64,000 nt of DNA from Parcubacteria group bacterium M10-OD1-1 (GTDB taxonomy: Bacteria; Patescibacteriota; Minisyncoccia; Moranbacterales; UBA2206): assembly GCA_003056145.1 (NCBI GenBank), contig LSNL01000001.1, positions 73,351 through 137,350 of the forward strand, given 5' to 3'. Below, piece by piece: positions 48,383 to 57,667 of the stretch. Both the position numbers and the translations under genes were made by a program. The first letter of the stretch is position 1. The number at the start of each line of letters is the position of its first letter. The notes below the pieces were generated by a model, which saw only the letters and a list, made by a program, of their open reading frames with translations, was not told the DNA's origin and did not search any database.

Positions 48383-49183
48383 ATGAAATTAAAAAAATCT
48401 TTGGGGCAAAATTTTTTACAAGATCAGACTATTTTAAATAAAATAGTTAGTTCAGCTAGATTAGAAAAAAATGATTTAGTAATAGAAATCGGTCCTGGGG
48501 CAGGAGCTTTAACGGAAAAATTAGTTGCACAAGTTAAAAAAATATTAGCAATTGAAATTGATGAAAGACTGGTTGAATTATTAACTAAAAATTTTTTTAA
48601 TAATCCTAAAGTTAAAATTATTCAACAGGATATTTTACAAGGAAATTTAAATAAATTATTGCTTAATTTTACTAATTCTTCTATCCAAACAATTCAATAT
48701 AAAGTAGTAGCTAATATTCCTTATTATATTACCTCGCCAATTATTAGATTATTACTAGAAGCCGAAAATCCTCCTCAAGAAATAATTTTAATGGTTCAAA
48801 AAGAAGTTGCTCAAAGAATTTGTAGCCAAGCTGGTCAAATGAGTCTTTTATCGGTGGCGGTGCAATATTATGCTGAAGTGGAATTACTTTTTGAAGTAGC
48901 TAAAGAATCATTTCAGCCAATACCAAAGGTAGACAGTGCCGTAATTAGAATAATACCTAAGGAAAAAGAACTTTCTTCTGTTGAGCGTAAGGAATTTTTT
49001 AAAATTGTTAGAGCCGGATTTTGTGCTAAAAGAAAAACATTAATCAATAATCTAAGCAATAGTTTACATCTTGATAAAAATAAAATAGCTGAAAAATTTA
49101 AAAAGATTAATCTTAATTTTCAAGTTAGAGCGCAAGAGTTAAGCGTAGAAGATTGGGAAAAATTGAGAAAACTTTTTAATTAG
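48383..49183 (+). CDS. rsmA: 16S rRNA (adenine1518/1519-N6)-dimethyltransferase
   Basis: LGQNFLQD start motif, SAM-binding VIEIGPGAGALT and NIPYYITSPI. Confidence 0.85.
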   Translation: MKLKKSLGQNFLQDQTILNKIVSSARLEKNDLVIEIGPGAGALTEKLVAQVKKILAIEIDERLVELLTKNFFNNPKVKIIQQDILQGNLNKLLLNFTNSSIQTIQYKVVANIPYYITSPIIRLLLEAENPPQEIILMVQKEVAQRICSQAGQMSLLSVAVQYYAEVELLFEVAKESFQPIPKVDSAVIRIIPKEKELSSVERKEFFKIVRAGFCAKRKTLINNLSNSLHLDKNKIAEKFKKINLNFQVRAQELSVEDWEKLRKLFN

Positions 49184-50802
49184 AAGAAAGAAACTTTAAC
49201 TAAAATAAATCCGTAAAAAAATACTAAAGCTAATACCCAATAAAGAAGTTGGGACGATTTTACTTTTTGGTTGATGACAATTAAAAAGGTTATTATTCCA
49301 AAAAAGAGAGCAACTGAAAATAGTCGTAATTCGTTAAGAAAAAAAATAGAAGCCAAATAAGAAATAAAAATTCCAGAAGCGATTATTAAACGACTATTTT
49401 TTTCTCCGAAAATAACAGGAAGAGTCCAAATTTTATGTTTTCGATCGCCAGCGATATCTTTTAAATCTTTAATAGGCAGAGAAATTGTATAACTAAGAAT
49501 TAAAAGAGCAGGAATTCTCCAAGAGAGCGTCGCAATAGATTGATGAGAAGCCATCAAAATATAGCCTATAAATAAAATTATTACTGAAGCTAAAGAACTA
49601 ATAAAAGTGGCTAAAAATGGGAAGCGTTTTAATCTAAAGGGAGGGGCGGAATAAAACCAGGCTAAAATTTGATAAATTATAATCAGTACGGCAAAATGAA
49701 CGCTAATAGTAATAGCTCCTAATAAAGCTAATAAAAAATAGATTACTCCTAAATCTCGGTATTCTTCTACGGTAAAAATCTTTTGAGGTAATGGTCGTTG
49801 AGAATTAGATATTTGGTCAATTGGTAAATCATAAATGTCATTAATAATAACAGAAGCTTCCCAAGAGAACCAAATACTGAGCATCAAAATTAAAATACTT
49901 AAAAAAGAGAATAAATTAAGATTAAAGTTTTGTGGATAAGCTAAAATGCCTAAGCCTAAGCCTATAAAAAATAAGCCAAAATGATAAATCAATTGAGGTA
50001 AACGCAGATTTTTAATAAAAGCGAGAAATTTTATTGGACTAACTAACCAAAAAAACCAGGTCAACAAAATAACTAGAAAAGGAAAGTAAACAAAATCTAA
50101 TTGATAGGCGAAAGCATATCTAACGCTAGGAAAATTAACTCCAAAGACATTATTGGCAGCTCCAAAAAATTGAGCAATTTGAAAAGATTGAATTTGTAAG
50201 ATTTTAGTCGAATGAAAAATAAAGTCATAACCATAAACAAAAAAAGAAGGGAAAGCTCCCATAAAAAAAAGAATAGAATAAACAATTAAAGCTCCTAAGA
50301 TAGATTTAAAATAACTTTTTTCTTTTAGCCAAATTAGTCCAGCGGAAATTAAAACAGCTAAAATAAAAGTTATTTTAGTCCCAAAATAAACAATGCCTGA
50401 AGGCAAATGTCCAAAAATACTCCAATATTGTTGCCATAAAAGATGAGGATTACTTAGCAAATAGAAACTCCAGTAAACTTCCCCGTGGTTTTTTAGCATA
50501 TCAATTATTGGTGGAAAGAGTGTGAGAGCTAAAGCAAAAATAAGTAGCCCAGATAATTTTTGCGGACGAAGTTTAAAAAGAAAACTGAAAAATAACCAAA
50601 TAAGAAGAAAAGCTAAAGCGAAAAAATAAAAATTATGAATATACTCAATAATTGATTCAAACCAAAAAATTGGCTGGGAGACAGCTATAAACTGTTCAAT
50701 GAAACAGCGTAAAAAAATAATAGCTAAAAATCCTAATGTCCAAGCTAGTAAGCTGACTCTTTTTTTAACCAAAGTATCAATAATTTTTTCTAACTTAAGC
50801 AT
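49180..50802 (-). CDS. Membrane-domain fusion to UbiA-family prenyl/phosphoribosyl-transferase
   Basis: C-terminal ~250 aa carry both Asp-rich motifs (INDIYDLPID; KDLKDIAGDRKHKIWTLPVIFG) and YSAPPFRLKRFPF typical of UbiA/DPPR-like enzymes. Preceded by a ~290-aa polytopic N-terminal domain. Confidence 0.5.
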   Translation of the reverse strand: MLKLEKIIDTLVKKRVSLLAWTLGFLAIIFLRCFIEQFIAVSQPIFWFESIIEYIHNFYFFALAFLLIWLFFSFLFKLRPQKLSGLLIFALALTLFPPIIDMLKNHGEVYWSFYLLSNPHLLWQQYWSIFGHLPSGIVYFGTKITFILAVLISAGLIWLKEKSYFKSILGALIVYSILFFMGAFPSFFVYGYDFIFHSTKILQIQSFQIAQFFGAANNVFGVNFPSVRYAFAYQLDFVYFPFLVILLTWFFWLVSPIKFLAFIKNLRLPQLIYHFGLFFIGLGLGILAYPQNFNLNLFSFLSILILMLSIWFSWEASVIINDIYDLPIDQISNSQRPLPQKIFTVEEYRDLGVIYFLLALLGAITISVHFAVLIIIYQILAWFYSAPPFRLKRFPFLATFISSLASVIILFIGYILMASHQSIATLSWRIPALLILSYTISLPIKDLKDIAGDRKHKIWTLPVIFGEKNSRLIIASGIFISYLASIFFLNELRLFSVALFFGIITFLIVINQKVKSSQLLYWVLALVFFYGFILVKVSFF

Positions 50803-50920
50803 ATTTTAAATTTAGCAGTATTCAACTTTTTGAGCAAATAAAAAGCAAGATTAGTCGGGATATTAAAAAAGAAAAGTTATCAACAATCAATTCTTTTAAT
50901 GAGTAACATTTTTATTTTTT

Positions 50921-51970
50921 TTGTGGTATAATTTTATTGCAATGAAAACTAAAAAAGTAAACTTATCAATTTTAATTTTAAGTAGCTTGATTATTTTGAG
51001 TTTTGCTTTTTTCGTGGTGGCGAAAGAGAACAATCAAACTAATAATAATATTTTTTTAGATTCTGATCAAGATGGATTGACTAATCAAGAAGAAAAATTA
51101 TATGGAACTGATCCTTATAATCCAGACACTGATGGTGATGGATATTCTGATGGAGCCGAAGTTAAAGCGGGTTATAATCCTTTAAAACCAGCTCCTGGAG
51201 ATAAGCTTCTAAATAATCAGAAAAAATGGGCTGAAAAAAATTTAGTTAAAAATAAGTCTGGTCAAAATAATTTAACTAGTGAAGTAGCTCAAAAAATTGC
51301 TAATCTTTCTAATCAATCTAAGGCTGGTAACCAAGAAGTTACTTTAGCACAAATTCAGAAAATAGTGGATAGCTCTTTAGCTATTAATGATAAGAAATCT
51401 ATTGATCTTCCAACAATTCCACTTTCAGAAATTAAAATTAAGAAACAAGACTATAAAAATCTTAGTTCAAGTAAGGCACAGAAAAAAAGAAAAGAAGATT
51501 TTACTAATTATGTAGCAGCGGTATTTTATATTTTAACGAGTAATTCTCCTCAACCAATAACTTCTTTTACTGATATTTCTTCTGTTATTAATCAAAGTGT
51601 CCAACAAATTATAATGGCTTTAAGTTCTGGTGATCAGAACAGTCTTAATAATATTAGTAAAAGTGGTCAAAAAATTCTTAGTCAATTAAAGGAAGTTGAG
51701 GTGCCAAAAGAAATGGTAAATACTCATATTAAAGCTTTAGAATATGCTACTTACTCAGAACAATTAAAGGGTTTAATTAAAAATAATTCTCAAGATCCAA
51801 TAATGGGGATAGCTAACTATGCTAAAATCGGTTCTTTTGTGAATAATTTAATTAGTTTTTCTGATGATATCCAAAATAAGTTTAAAAAATATAATATGGA
51901 CTATAGTGATATTCAAAATAAGATGAAGAAATATGGCGTTGACATTAAATATAATAAGACAAATAAATAA
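50921..51970 (+). CDS. Secreted protein with thrombospondin-type-3-like Ca-binding Asp repeats
   Basis: Signal/TM anchor, then DSDQDGLTNQEE…DPYNPDTDGDGYSDGAEV (DxDxDG repeats). Rest is Q/N/S-rich. Confidence 0.4.
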   Translation: MWYNFIAMKTKKVNLSILILSSLIILSFAFFVVAKENNQTNNNIFLDSDQDGLTNQEEKLYGTDPYNPDTDGDGYSDGAEVKAGYNPLKPAPGDKLLNNQKKWAEKNLVKNKSGQNNLTSEVAQKIANLSNQSKAGNQEVTLAQIQKIVDSSLAINDKKSIDLPTIPLSEIKIKKQDYKNLSSSKAQKKRKEDFTNYVAAVFYILTSNSPQPITSFTDISSVINQSVQQIIMALSSGDQNSLNNISKSGQKILSQLKEVEVPKEMVNTHIKALEYATYSEQLKGLIKNNSQDPIMGIANYAKIGSFVNNLISFSDDIQNKFKKYNMDYSDIQNKMKKYGVDIKYNKTNK

Positions 51971-51996
51971 TTTTATTGAGGAATTAACTTTTTAGT

Positions 51997-53034
51997 ATGC
52001 TAAGAAACAAAAACAATTTTTTCAAGAAAGCTATTCTAGTAGTTATTTTATTTTCTTTCTCGCTTTCTTTCTATCCACAAAAAGCTCAAGCAGCTCTTTG
52101 GCCAGCTATGGACCCGGGTATAAAAGTCGGTTTAGATAAAGTAATTGATTTTATTAAGGGTGCAATGTTAGGAATGCTTAAAAAACAAGCGGCCAAAACC
52201 TTAAATCAACAAGTAGATTCTTTAATGAGTGGAGGTAATGATTCGGCGGGTTTTATTACTGATTGGAAACAGTACTTGATTAACGAACCAAAAAATAAAA
52301 GTAAAAAATATATGAATGACTATTTAAGTCAAATGACTCAAGGGAGAGGTTCATCATCTAGCTATGTATCGGAAGGTTTCTCGCATAATAGTAGTTATGC
52401 AGGAGAGCTAACTAATAATGCTAGAAGGGTTATTGATAATTCTTCTAATTCGGCTCCACCAAAAGTGACTTATGAAGGCAATCCATCGCAAATGTTTGAA
52501 GCTAATAATTTTAAGACTATGGGAACTTATCTTTCTGGGGTTAATAATCCCTGGTCGTTTGATAATGCTGTCCAAGAAGAATACCAAAGAAAATTAAGAG
52601 AAGAAAGAATGGTTCAGGAGAATAAAGCGGTAGCTTATCAGGGATTTTTAGGTAAAGGAGATAAAAGTGGAACTATCACTAATCCGGGTTCTTTAATAAA
52701 AACTAATGTAGCTAATGTTCAAAATATTGGTAACGAGATAATTGCTTCAGCTACTCATCCAGCTGAAATAATTGGTTCTTTCGTTTCTTCTTTAATAACT
52801 AAAGCATTTAAACAAGGAGTGAAGAAAGTAGAGAATAAATCTCAGAGAAAAATGAATTCTAATTTACAAATGAATAAAATAATGGATCAAGTTATCAATA
52901 AAAATGGTCCAGCAGCTAGATTTTCTAATAATAACAGCTGGAATAACCCAGATACAACAAGTAATACTAACGCTTGGAAAAATCCAGATACAACAAGTAA
53001 TACTAACGCTTGGAAAAATCCAGATGCTAAATAG
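51997..53034 (+). CDS. Secreted hypothetical protein with C-terminal 12-aa tandem repeats
   Basis: Signal peptide (…SFYPQKAQA). C-terminus NPDTTSNTNAWK x2.3 encoded by a 36-bp tandem repeat. Confidence 0.4.
   Translation: MLRNKNNFFKKAILVVILFSFSLSFYPQKAQAALWPAMDPGIKVGLDKVIDFIKGAMLGMLKKQAAKTLNQQVDSLMSGGNDSAGFITDWKQYLINEPKNKSKKYMNDYLSQMTQGRGSSSSYVSEGFSHNSSYAGELTNNARRVIDNSSNSAPPKVTYEGNPSQMFEANNFKTMGTYLSGVNNPWSFDNAVQEEYQRKLREERMVQENKAVAYQGFLGKGDKSGTITNPGSLIKTNVANVQNIGNEIIASATHPAEIIGSFVSSLITKAFKQGVKKVENKSQRKMNSNLQMNKIMDQVINKNGPAARFSNNNSWNNPDTTSNTNAWKNPDTTSNTNAWKNPDAK
52948..53030. repeat. 36-bp tandem repeat x2.3 inside a CDS, plus adjacent 12-mer (aaattaaagacc)x2.5 at 53042-53076
   Basis: ccagatacaacaagtaatactaacgcttggaaaaat repeated with period 36. 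Confidence 0.85.
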
Positions 53035-53080
53035 TTAGGAAAAATTAAAGACCAAATTAAAGACCAAAATAAAGAGTTAA

Positions 53081-54877
53081 ATGAATAAAATAATCTATCA
53101 TAAAAATGTACAACGATTTTTAGCGATTTTTTTCGTGTCTATCTTGATATTTTCTTCTTCTAACAAAATATTTTCTTTTAAAGCTGATTTTATTCCTGTC
53201 GCTCACGCAGCAGCAGTAAATCAATCAGCCTCTCAAAGAAAGGCTAGTTTAAATAATTCTTGTAGTGCTTTGAATTGGACTTCTGGCAATGCTTTAAATT
53301 GTGCTCTATTAAAAATCTTATATTTAGATGGAAAAATTATTCAAGCTTCTGCTACTCTTTTTGAATGGGTTATTGAACCAAAGACGATGATGACTATAAT
53401 TGATAACCCAATTATTTATTCTACATGGGCTTTAGTAAGAGACACCTTGAATATTTTATTTATTTTAGTCTTGCTTTTTTCGGCTTTTGCTACGGTGTTT
53501 CAAGTGGATAAATATAGTTATAAAAAAATACTTTTAACTCTAGTCATTATGGCTCTTTTGGTTAATTTTAGTTTTCCGATTTCTAGATTTATAATTGATG
53601 TTGCTAATTCTATGATGTATTATTTAATCAATAATTTAGGGGGTGGGGCTGGATCTTTTGCTCAAATTGCGAATTCTGGAGGATTGCTTAATATTATCCA
53701 TCCAGCAGATATGCCAGATTTAACTAATCTAATTAGTGCTATCATATTTGGCTTTATCTTTGCTATTACTTTAATGATTATCGCTGTTCTTTTTTTAATT
53801 AGAAGTATAGCTTTGGCAATTTTGATTATTTTTTCTTCAGTAGCTTTTATTGGAGCAATTGCTCCTTTTTCGGCTTCTTACGCTGATAAATGGTGGGATA
53901 AGCTTTTTGAATATGCTTTTTTCGGACCAATCATGATTTTTATGATTTATGTTTCTGTGGAGTTTATGAATAAAATAAGCACTTCTGCTAATGGGACAAT
54001 GAAGGCGATCGCTGCTAATCAAAGCTTAGATTCAAGCTTTGTATCTTCTATTGCATTTTTTATGATTCCGTTAGTAATACTCTGGATTGGAATTGGTATG
54101 GCTCAATCATTTAATATTGCTGGAGCTAAAAAGGTTACCGATAAAGCTCATAAATATGCTAGAGTAGCCTTAAATGCTCCGTGGCAAGCAACAGGAATTC
54201 CTGGAGGATTTAAAAAAGCCAAAGACCATTATATTCGTAAAGGAGCTCCTGGATTTTTGGGTAAAATTCCTGGATTACGTGGAGATGAAAAAACTAAATC
54301 AACTGAAGCTTGGATAGCAGGAAAATTAGGTGTTACCGGTTCTCAGGAGCAAGACATTAAGAAGCGAGCGTCTGAAATGGATAAAAGTAACGAGTCCGTA
54401 GAAAGTTTAAGAGAGCAAGCTAGGAGTGGTAATATAGCGGCAATCTATCGATTGTCCGAAATGGGAATAATTGAAAAAGAAGAGTTTACGATTGCTATGA
54501 ATAAAACTAGAGATCAAAAAGTTAGAGAAATGCTTGAAAATACAACTAGAAAGAAAAGAGCTGATGTGGTGGTTGATTCCAAAATTCAACAAGCTGAGCA
54601 AAGAGCAGGGCATAATTTAACAGAAGCAGAAAGAATCAATATCGCTCAAAATGAGATTGGTAAGCTTTCTACTGATCAGTGGAAGAATCAAAATATGGAG
54701 AAATTACTCGGTTACGATAGGGAAAGTCAATCTTATTCAATAGATGCAAATACTATTGCTAGACGACAAGCAACTGAAAATTATTATCAAAACAGTAATG
54801 CACAACGACGGCAAACAATGGTTAGAGATATGAATGGAAACAATTATGCTGCTTCGTCAGGAGTGGGGATTATTTAA
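53081..54877 (+). CDS. VirB6/TrbL-like polytopic membrane protein (type IV secretion-like)
   Basis: Signal peptide, ~6 TM helices in the middle, hydrophilic C-terminal third. Architecture and placement upstream of VirB3/VirB4-like genes fit VirB6/TrbL. No strong sequence motif. Confidence 0.4.
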   Translation: MNKIIYHKNVQRFLAIFFVSILIFSSSNKIFSFKADFIPVAHAAAVNQSASQRKASLNNSCSALNWTSGNALNCALLKILYLDGKIIQASATLFEWVIEPKTMMTIIDNPIIYSTWALVRDTLNILFILVLLFSAFATVFQVDKYSYKKILLTLVIMALLVNFSFPISRFIIDVANSMMYYLINNLGGGAGSFAQIANSGGLLNIIHPADMPDLTNLISAIIFGFIFAITLMIIAVLFLIRSIALAILIIFSSVAFIGAIAPFSASYADKWWDKLFEYAFFGPIMIFMIYVSVEFMNKISTSANGTMKAIAANQSLDSSFVSSIAFFMIPLVILWIGIGMAQSFNIAGAKKVTDKAHKYARVALNAPWQATGIPGGFKKAKDHYIRKGAPGFLGKIPGLRGDEKTKSTEAWIAGKLGVTGSQEQDIKKRASEMDKSNESVESLREQARSGNIAAIYRLSEMGIIEKEEFTIAMNKTRDQKVREMLENTTRKKRADVVVDSKIQQAEQRAGHNLTEAERINIAQNEIGKLSTDQWKNQNMEKLLGYDRESQSYSIDANTIARRQATENYYQNSNAQRRQTMVRDMNGNNYAASSGVGII

Positions 54878-54894
54878 TTTTTAATTTTGTTAAA

Positions 54895-56427
54895 ATGAAA
54901 AAGATTAGTTTCACAAAATTAGACCAAGAAATACAAATTAAAAGGTGTACTATACCTCAACATGTTTCAGTTACAAAAAATCCTGATGATGAAAATTATA
55001 GCCAAATTGTAGAAAGACAGAATAAATTTTTGACGTTGACTATTCCGATAAGAAATAAATTATCAGCTCCTGAAACAGGAGAAACAATCCAAAGAATTGG
55101 TAAAACTTTTTCTTTAGATCTTTTACAAATAGCGGTTATTGCTAGAATGGTAAGAAGTTTCTATTTTGGTGAGATAAAATTAGAAGATTTTCCAAATTTA
55201 TTAGCTAAAGAATTCAAGATGGATCTTATCCAAGCTAAGAAAATTTCTCAAATAGTAATAAATAAAATAATTAATGACCAAACGCAAGAGGAAGAATACC
55301 AGTCTAGCTTAGAAAAAATTACTCTTCAAGAAGCACTAAAAAAATATCCTAAATTGGCAGATCAATTAATTACTAAAAATCATATTGAATTAGATAATTA
55401 TCCAGCACCAGTTCGTCCGTCGTTGAAAAATTGGTTAGCTGATTATACTTTCACGATAGGACATAATTCGCCAACAGCTATGGATAGAGGAATATATTTA
55501 TTTCAGAATAAGAATACTAAATCTTTATTGGCCAAAGAAAGACAAAAATTAGCTTACCTTTTTAAATCTTATGACGAGAAAGCATTTATTACCGTAGATA
55601 CTAATAATAATCAAATTGTTTTTCCTCAAAAGAATATTTTATCGAGAGGAGATAAAAAAGAAAATAATGAGAAAGCAGAAAGAGAAACGGGAGGAAAAGA
55701 AACAAAATGGTCAGTTAATTCTCAAGAAAAAATAAAAAATTATATTGAGCCGAAAGATATTTTTCAAACTGAAAAAAATAAAAAAATTATAGAAGGAGAA
55801 AAGAAAATTATTCAAAAAACCCCAGAAGAAGAATTGGGAGTAAAAGAAAATCAGCTAGCCAATAGTCCACTAGTGGCTAAGTTATTAGCTTCTGATCATT
55901 CAGACTCTACCTTGCCTAAGCCTAATTTTGCAATCAGTAAAAATGCAAAGCTAACTACTCAATCTTCAGTTGGTTCGTCTTTGCCAGTTAAAAAATCAAT
56001 GGATTCTTTTAATAAATCTCTTAATCTAAGTAAAAAAACTTCAGCTAAAATAGTCTCTCCTGAAAATAATTTAGAAAAAACTATTAATTTTAGTCAAAAA
56101 CCAAATTTAAAAACAAATAAAAATAATTTATCAATTCCAAAAAAACCAATCAATGATTTGCCGGATCAGCAAATTTCTAAAATTGAATTTACCACTCATC
56201 AGAAAATGCCTTTTGAAGAGAAAGATGAAAATTCAGTTGTTAAAAATATTTCTCCAGAGCCAGTAGTTAAAAAAACTCCGCAACCAATGAGAATAGCTCC
56301 TAGAAATTTTAAAAATCAATTTACAGAAAAACCACAATCAATAGAAGCTAAAAATAATAAAATAATCAATAATAATTCTCCTGTTTCAGTTAACCCTAAA
56401 AATATCGTTAATCTTAAAGAAAAATAA
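54895..56427 (+). CDS. Hypothetical low-complexity K/N/S-rich protein
   Basis: 510-aa ORF, structured N-terminal ~200 aa and disordered C-terminal half. Confidence 0.35.
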   Translation: MKKISFTKLDQEIQIKRCTIPQHVSVTKNPDDENYSQIVERQNKFLTLTIPIRNKLSAPETGETIQRIGKTFSLDLLQIAVIARMVRSFYFGEIKLEDFPNLLAKEFKMDLIQAKKISQIVINKIINDQTQEEEYQSSLEKITLQEALKKYPKLADQLITKNHIELDNYPAPVRPSLKNWLADYTFTIGHNSPTAMDRGIYLFQNKNTKSLLAKERQKLAYLFKSYDEKAFITVDTNNNQIVFPQKNILSRGDKKENNEKAERETGGKETKWSVNSQEKIKNYIEPKDIFQTEKNKKIIEGEKKIIQKTPEEELGVKENQLANSPLVAKLLASDHSDSTLPKPNFAISKNAKLTTQSSVGSSLPVKKSMDSFNKSLNLSKKTSAKIVSPENNLEKTINFSQKPNLKTNKNNLSIPKKPINDLPDQQISKIEFTTHQKMPFEEKDENSVVKNISPEPVVKKTPQPMRIAPRNFKNQFTEKPQSIEAKNNKIINNNSPVSVNPKNIVNLKEK

Positions 56428-56446
56428 ATAATAAAATTAAATTAGT

Positions 56447-56851
56447 ATGCAATTTAATGTCCCACAATTTATTAGTATAGAAGATAAGATAGTTGGTCCT
56501 TTTACGGCTAAGCAATTAGGTTGGTTGGCTATTGGTGGAATCATCTTCTTAATACTATGGAGTATGTTGGATACTTCAAGTCTGATTATAACTGGCTTAA
56601 TTGATGCGGTTATTTTTGGAGCCTTAGCTTTTTATAAACCTTATAGTCAGCCGTTGAATAAATTTTTAATGTCATCAGTTCATTTTTTCTTTCGTCCTAA
56701 AATATATGTTTGGAAGAGAAACTATGATAATATAAGAGCGGTACCAAGAAATCATCTAACAAATAAAAAACCAAAGCCAATAAAAAAGAAAGTTTTAAAG
56801 AGTGACAAGATAAAAGAAATTTCTAAAAGATTAGACGGTATTAGAGAATAA
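56447..56851 (+). CDS. Small two-TM protein, VirB3/PrgI-like
   Basis: 134 aa with two TM helices immediately upstream of the VirB4-like ORFs, as for VirB3/PrgI in T4SS loci. Confidence 0.35.
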   Translation: MQFNVPQFISIEDKIVGPFTAKQLGWLAIGGIIFLILWSMLDTSSLIITGLIDAVIFGALAFYKPYSQPLNKFLMSSVHFFFRPKIYVWKRNYDNIRAVPRNHLTNKKPKPIKKKVLKSDKIKEISKRLDGIRE

Positions 56852-56973
56852 ACTAAAAAAAATAAATTAAATTTCAAATAGACTGAGAAACTTCAAAAAA
56901 GTTTTTGAATAGAGGTAACGTTGACTAAACAAAAATTGAAATTTAAGGAACTAAAAACTAAAAATAAATAGGT

Positions 56974-57663
56974 ATGGAAATATTACATTCAGATAAGCTA
57001 ACTAAAAAAACAGCGACTTCTCCGACACAAAAATATCTAGATGTAGCAGAGGTTAAGGAAGACATCGTAGTTTTAAAAAATGGTTCTTTGAGAGCTGTTT
57101 TAGCAGTTTCGGCTATTAATTTTGATCTTAAATCTACTGAAGAGCAAGAAGCTATTATTAACCAATATCAAAATTTTCTCAACTCTATTGATTTCCCAGT
57201 ACAAATTATCATTAGTTCTAGAAAATTAAATATGCAAAGTTATTTAGATTTTTTGAGTACTAAGGAAAGAAGACAAGATAATGAATTATTGAGATTACAA
57301 ATTACGGAATACAAAAGCTTTATTGATCAACTAGTAAAGGATTCTAATATAATGGAAAAAAATTTTTATATCGTTATTCCTTTTTCTCCAATGGAAAATA
57401 AGGAGAAAGGCTTTATTAGTAATTTATTTAATACTTTTAACTCAAGAAAAAATATTTTAGAAAAAAGAGAAAATTTTGAAACTTATAAAAGCCAATTATA
57501 CCAGAGAGTGGATCATATTATTTCGGCGTTAGCAGGTATCGGTTTGAGAATAATTCCGCTTAAAACGGAAGAATTAATTGAGCTTTTATTTAATTCTTAT
57601 AATCCAGAACTTTACAGAGCGACTACTCTTAAAGATGTAAGTAAATTAGAACTGATGAAATGA
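56974..57663 (+). CDS. VirB4-like N-terminal domain ORF (possibly the 5' part of a split virB4)
   Basis: 229 aa, ends with TGA 4 nt before the ATG of the VirB4 ATPase ORF in another frame. Combined length ~836 aa equals a typical VirB4. Confidence 0.4.
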   Translation: MEILHSDKLTKKTATSPTQKYLDVAEVKEDIVVLKNGSLRAVLAVSAINFDLKSTEEQEAIINQYQNFLNSIDFPVQIIISSRKLNMQSYLDFLSTKERRQDNELLRLQITEYKSFIDQLVKDSNIMEKNFYIVIPFSPMENKEKGFISNLFNTFNSRKNILEKRENFETYKSQLYQRVDHIISALAGIGLRIIPLKTEELIELLFNSYNPELYRATTLKDVSKLELMK

Positions 57664-57667
57664 AATT

